The notes below the pieces were generated by a model that was not told the DNA's origin, made no database searches, and worked only from the letters and a program-made list of their open reading frames with translations. The translations under genes were made by a program, and so were the position numbers. 64,000 nucleotides of DNA. Source: Ostreococcus lucimarinus. Lineage: Eukaryota. The stretch lies in the NCBI GenBank assembly GCA_000092065.1, contig CP000587.1; one strand, written 5' to 3'. How positions within the stretch are numbered: position 1 is the first letter of the stretch; every line of letters begins with the position of its first letter. Of the stretch, positions 60,691-64,000 are shown one piece after another.

Positions 60691-61836
60691 TCACAGCGTC
60701 GACAACACGTTTTGCGCCTTCGACGCCAGGATCTTCACAGCCTCCTTGAAAATCGTGCCGGGCGCCATCTGCCCGATCGTTTCGATGGTAAAAATGAAGT
60801 GGTCCTTACGTTTGCGCACGGCAATCTTATCCGCCCACCCTGGTTCACCCGTAAGCTCGCGCACGCGCTCGACGCAAAAGTCGCACCCGCGCGACTCGAC
60901 CACCTTGACCGTCTTTTTATCACCCTTTCCTTCGCACGCGTAACACTTGTGCGTCTCGCTAAAGTTTGCACACTTTTTCATGAACTCATCCGCGTCCGCG
61001 CCCGTGATGGGCTCTAAAATCGTAATCTCCGGCACCATCTTGTACCAACACGTGCCCACGGGCGACCACTTCGCGTGCTCCTGTCCGATGCCCTTGACGC
61101 AGTGGCATTCGAGTTCCACCTCTTGACCGGGCGCGAGTTTCACGAGCAAAATATCGTCGTGCACGCATCCAAGCTCTTGATCGCCGACGACTTCCTTCTG
61201 TGAGCGCTTAAAATCGGAATACTTTGCCCCGTTCTCCTCCGGAAGCTGACTCCCCTCCGGACACCACGTCAACGCGTTCGAGTACACCGACCGATTCACA
61301 ACCTCACCGAGCGTGCCGTCGGGATTCCGTTCCTTATGACACCGCACGTGCATCTTCAGCACGATCGTATTCGTCTCGTTCGCCGCGTCACCCTCCCCTC
61401 GATACTCAAACATCGCCGGATCCGCCTTAATCGGCACCAAACCGAGTCGATGCGCGAAAACCTCGTCCGCGACGACGCTCGTATTATTCACCACGAACAC
61501 CTTCTCAATCGCCATCGTCGGCACCTCACTGAGTATGATCCTCCGAAACGCGTTCGCAAACGCCGGCGAGCACCCCTCGAGCTCGAACACGCACCGCTCC
61601 TCGTCGCTCGTCGTCAGCGTCAGCGCGAACGTCTCTCGAAACCGCTCCGCGCTGAACGCGAAATCCTTCCCCACGCTCGCGTACGCCCCCCCGTACGCCA
61701 CCTCGTTCACGTTCGCGTTGTGCTCCGCTCCCGCGCGCACGTAGTGCCTCTGCTCTTCCAATCGCTCGAGCATCCGTCGCATCTGCGCCGAGACGTCGTC
61801 GTCGCGCGTCGCGCGCGCCGCCGCCGCCTTGCCCAT
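60691..61836 (-). CDS. RNA polymerase I/III shared subunit RPAC1 (AC40)/Rpb3-like
   Basis: Rpb3/RpoA-like dimerisation motif (RRIILSEVPTMAIEKVFVVNNTSVVADEVFAHRLGLVPI). ATG verified at 61834-61836. Confidence 0.6.
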   Translation of the reverse strand: MGKAAAARATRDDDVSAQMRRMLERLEEQRHYVRAGAEHNANVNEVAYGGAYASVGKDFAFSAERFRETFALTLTTSDEERCVFELEGCSPAFANAFRRIILSEVPTMAIEKVFVVNNTSVVADEVFAHRLGLVPIKADPAMFEYRGEGDAANETNTIVLKMHVRCHKERNPDGTLGEVVNRSVYSNALTWCPEGSQLPEENGAKYSDFKRSQKEVVGDQELGCVHDDILLVKLAPGQEVELECHCVKGIGQEHAKWSPVGTCWYKMVPEITILEPITGADADEFMKKCANFSETHKCYACEGKGDKKTVKVVESRGCDFCVERVRELTGEPGWADKIAVRKRKDHFIFTIETIGQMAPGTIFKEAVKILASKAQNVLSTL

Positions 61837-62300
61837 CGCGTCGTCGCGATTCGTTCGCGATTCGTTCGCCTCTCGTTCGCCTCTCGCGGTTCGCCGCTCG
61901 ATCGACGCGCGTTCGATCGCCGAAGTGCGTCGCCGTCGCCGCCGCCGCCGTCGTCGTCGGCGCGTCGCGCGCTCGCGCCGTCGCGCGCGCGCGCGCGTCG
62001 CGGCGAATTCTCGTTGCGTCGTCCGTGTGTGTCTTCACCATCAAAGTATCACTACATAGTCACTCACGCCATCTGTATACGTTACCTACTATCGTATAGA
62101 AACACGTTCGACGCCCAGTATCGAGCACACGCGCGACGCGTTCGAACGCCCGGCGACGCGCGCACTTCGCGGCGCGTCGACGCGGCGCGCGACGCGTGCG
62201 CGCGCCGACGCGCGACGCGCGGTGACGTGAAATCGCGACGCGCGACGATAGCGCGCGCGCGACGATCGAGCGCGGCGAGAGCGCGCGACGAGAGCGCGCG

Positions 62301-64000
62301 ATGGATTTCGACGACGGCGCGGACGACGACGACGCGTTCGCCGCGATCGACGTCGACAGCGTCGTGCGAGGCGCGCGCGCGGCGAGAGACGCGTCAAACG
62401 AGACGCGCGCGACGTCTCGGGGAAGCGCGGGCGGGAAGGGCGCGGAAGGAGGACGACGGCGGGAGGGATGGGACGCGAAGGAGAACGCGGGGCGCGACGA
62501 AGACGCGACGCCGGCGGCGAGGCGGGACGCGATGCGCGCGGGCGCGAACGCGCGGGAGGAGGGGACGGGGAATCAGTTGACGGTGACGTCGATGTTTGCC
62601 GCGGCGGCGGGGGCGCGGGCGCGACCGACGACGGTGCTCGGGGAGGTTCGGGAACGGTTGGCGCGCGCGCCGGAGACGACGACGACGACGACGGGGATCG
62701 GGCGGGAGAAGAAGCGAAAAGAAAGCGCGCCGGCGAAGAGGAAGCATCAGGGGACGCTGCCGAAGGAGTTGATGATTCGTAAGTGTCCGGACAAGGCCCG
62801 GGAGCTGGAGGCGTTGATGACGAATTTGGCGCCGGACGCGCTGGGCGCGAGAGACGCTTCGGGCTTGACGCGGTGCGATTCCGCGGGCGGACCCGAGGGG
62901 TTGCCCATGGATCCGGAAGCGATTCAAACGTACGTCTATCCGGCGCAGATTTCGCGGCGTGATTATCAGTTTGACATGGCGCGTAACGCCCTGCTGACGA
63001 ACTCACTGGTATGCCTGCCCACGGGTTTGGGCAAGACGCTCATCGCGGCGGTGGTGATGTACAACTATTACCGATGGTTTCCCACGGGGAAGATTATTTT
63101 TATGGCGCCCACGCGACCTTTAGTGGATCAACAGATGTCAGCGTGTCACACCGTGGTGGGGATTCCCGCCTCTGACACCATCGTATTGATGGGAAGCACG
63201 AAGAAGGACGACAGCGGATCGAGACGAGACTTTTGGCGAGAGAAACGTCTCTTCTTTTGCACCCCGCACACGGTAGCGAACGATTTGGAAAGCGGCGATT
63301 TGGACGCCAAACAAATCGTGTGCGTCGTCGTCGATGAAGCGCACCACGCGCGAGGACAGTACGCTTCCGCGGAAGTGCTTCGTTTACTTCACGAACGAAA
63401 AGTGAGATTTCGTTTATTGGCGCTCACGGCGACGCCGGGGCAAGGATTGGACGAAGTTCAAAAAGTCGTCGAGACGCTGCGCATCGGACGTATCGATTTC
63501 AGAAGCGACCAAGACCCCGATGTTTCGCGTTACACGCACAAGCGCGAGATGACTGTGGAAAAGGTCAAGCCCGATCAGGCGATGTCTCACGTGCAGGACA
63601 TGCTGTGCGAGCTACTGCGCCCGTGCTGCGCGCAACTCGTCAACATGGGCGCGCTCGGCGAAGCGGGCTTTCGAATGTTGACGTTTATTAAAAATAAAGC
63701 CACAAACGGGGCATCGCGCGTCGAACCACCGGCGTGGTTCACGCTGCAATCCGCACAGCAGGCGATATATAGAAATCAGCACCAAGTGCGCGCCAGAGGG
63801 CAAGCGTTAGGCTTGCTCGAGACCGCGATGGAACTCAGTAAGGCGTACGAGCTTTTGCTCAAGTACGGCGCCAAGAGCGCGTACGATTACATCGATAAGC
63901 GCGGTCGAGACAAGAGCAACACGCTCGTTCATCGCAGCGACCCAGTATCAGTAGAGTTGGTGGATTTGATTCGTTCGATGTCGTCAAACGGCGCACATCA
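62301..64000 (+). CDS. FANCM/Mph1/Hef-like DEAH-box DNA helicase, 5' complete and 3' truncated by the window end
   Basis: ATG at 62301, open to the window end (absent from the ORF track because there is no stop). Helicase motifs LPTGLGKT (I), VVDEAHHA (II, DEAH), LTATPG (III). Confidence 0.8.
   Translation, partial: MDFDDGADDDDAFAAIDVDSVVRGARAARDASNETRATSRGSAGGKGAEGGRRREGWDAKENAGRDEDATPAARRDAMRAGANAREEGTGNQLTVTSMFAAAAGARARPTTVLGEVRERLARAPETTTTTTGIGREKKRKESAPAKRKHQGTLPKELMIRKCPDKARELEALMTNLAPDALGARDASGLTRCDSAGGPEGLPMDPEAIQTYVYPAQISRRDYQFDMARNALLTNSLVCLPTGLGKTLIAAVVMYNYYRWFPTGKIIFMAPTRPLVDQQMSACHTVVGIPASDTIVLMGSTKKDDSGSRRDFWREKRLFFCTPHTVANDLESGDLDAKQIVCVVVDEAHHARGQYASAEVLRLLHERKVRFRLLALTATPGQGLDEVQKVVETLRIGRIDFRSDQDPDVSRYTHKREMTVEKVKPDQAMSHVQDMLCELLRPCCAQLVNMGALGEAGFRMLTFIKNKATNGASRVEPPAWFTLQSAQQAIYRNQHQVRARGQALGLLETAMELSKAYELLLKYGAKSAYDYIDKRGRDKSNTLVHRSDPVSVELVDLIRSMSSNGAH

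Noticed and set aside
61336-62580. 414-aa plus ORF overlapping RPAC1 (antisense) and the FANCM start region
   Set aside because: Arg-rich. The FANCM ORF beginning at 62301 is in a different frame with clear helicase motifs.
1-64000. Prokaryotic interpretation (operons, defence islands, CRISPR, mobile elements)
   Set aside because: There are no direct-repeat/spacer arrays, no transposase or integrase ORFs and no Shine-Dalgarno-type operon structure. The genes are eukaryotic (kinesin, SNARE, COG7, LSm5, Mic60, PP2A B'', RNA Pol AC40) with transit peptides, and introns are present.
1-64000. rRNA or tRNA genes
   Set aside because: No segment with rRNA-like conservation and no cloverleaf-compatible short AT-richer islands were recognised on reading. 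A tRNAscan-type search would be needed to exclude tRNAs formally.

Overview
This is a very GC-rich (about 65-70%), gene-dense nuclear fragment. Gene content and compaction indicate a picoeukaryotic green alga of the Mamiellophyceae type (Micromonas- or Ostreococcus-like). This assignment is inferred from the genes present and has not been checked against a database. I see about 40 protein-coding genes in 64 kb, on both strands, with intergenic spacers often 20-200 bp and several convergent gene pairs whose stop codons lie 20-60 bp apart. Plant-lineage markers are present: ADP-glucose pyrophosphorylase, DGD1-type galactolipid synthase, and plastid-targeted tryptophan synthase beta, Rubisco-LSMT-like SET methyltransferase and RbfA. 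No rRNA, tRNA, CRISPR array or transposon-like element was recognised. GC3 is extremely high, so the six-frame track contains many long arginine-rich antisense ORFs. I treat these as artefacts. The main observations beyond the track are three spliceosomal introns that I inferred by reading across ORF boundaries, in Mic60/mitofilin, the AGPase transit-peptide exon and an N-terminal exon of a small coiled-coil protein. They share a donor GT(A/G)CGC and acceptors ending (C/A)GCAG or GACAG. Four or five unusual multidomain proteins are also described. One is a PWWP + NPPY-type N6-adenine methyltransferase-like + CW zinc finger protein. One is an FABP-like + GRAM-like + 3xC2 + PRT_C membrane protein. 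One is a DCC + sugar-kinase-like + EF-hand + thioredoxin fusion. One is a CCCH + FtsJ methyltransferase. A FANCM-like helicase runs off the 3' end of the window and is absent from the ORF track. Coordinates derived from the ORF-track arithmetic are reliable to the codon. Exact start codons of several genes remain uncertain. The track uses alternative start codons, so the first M of an ORF is often not ATG.
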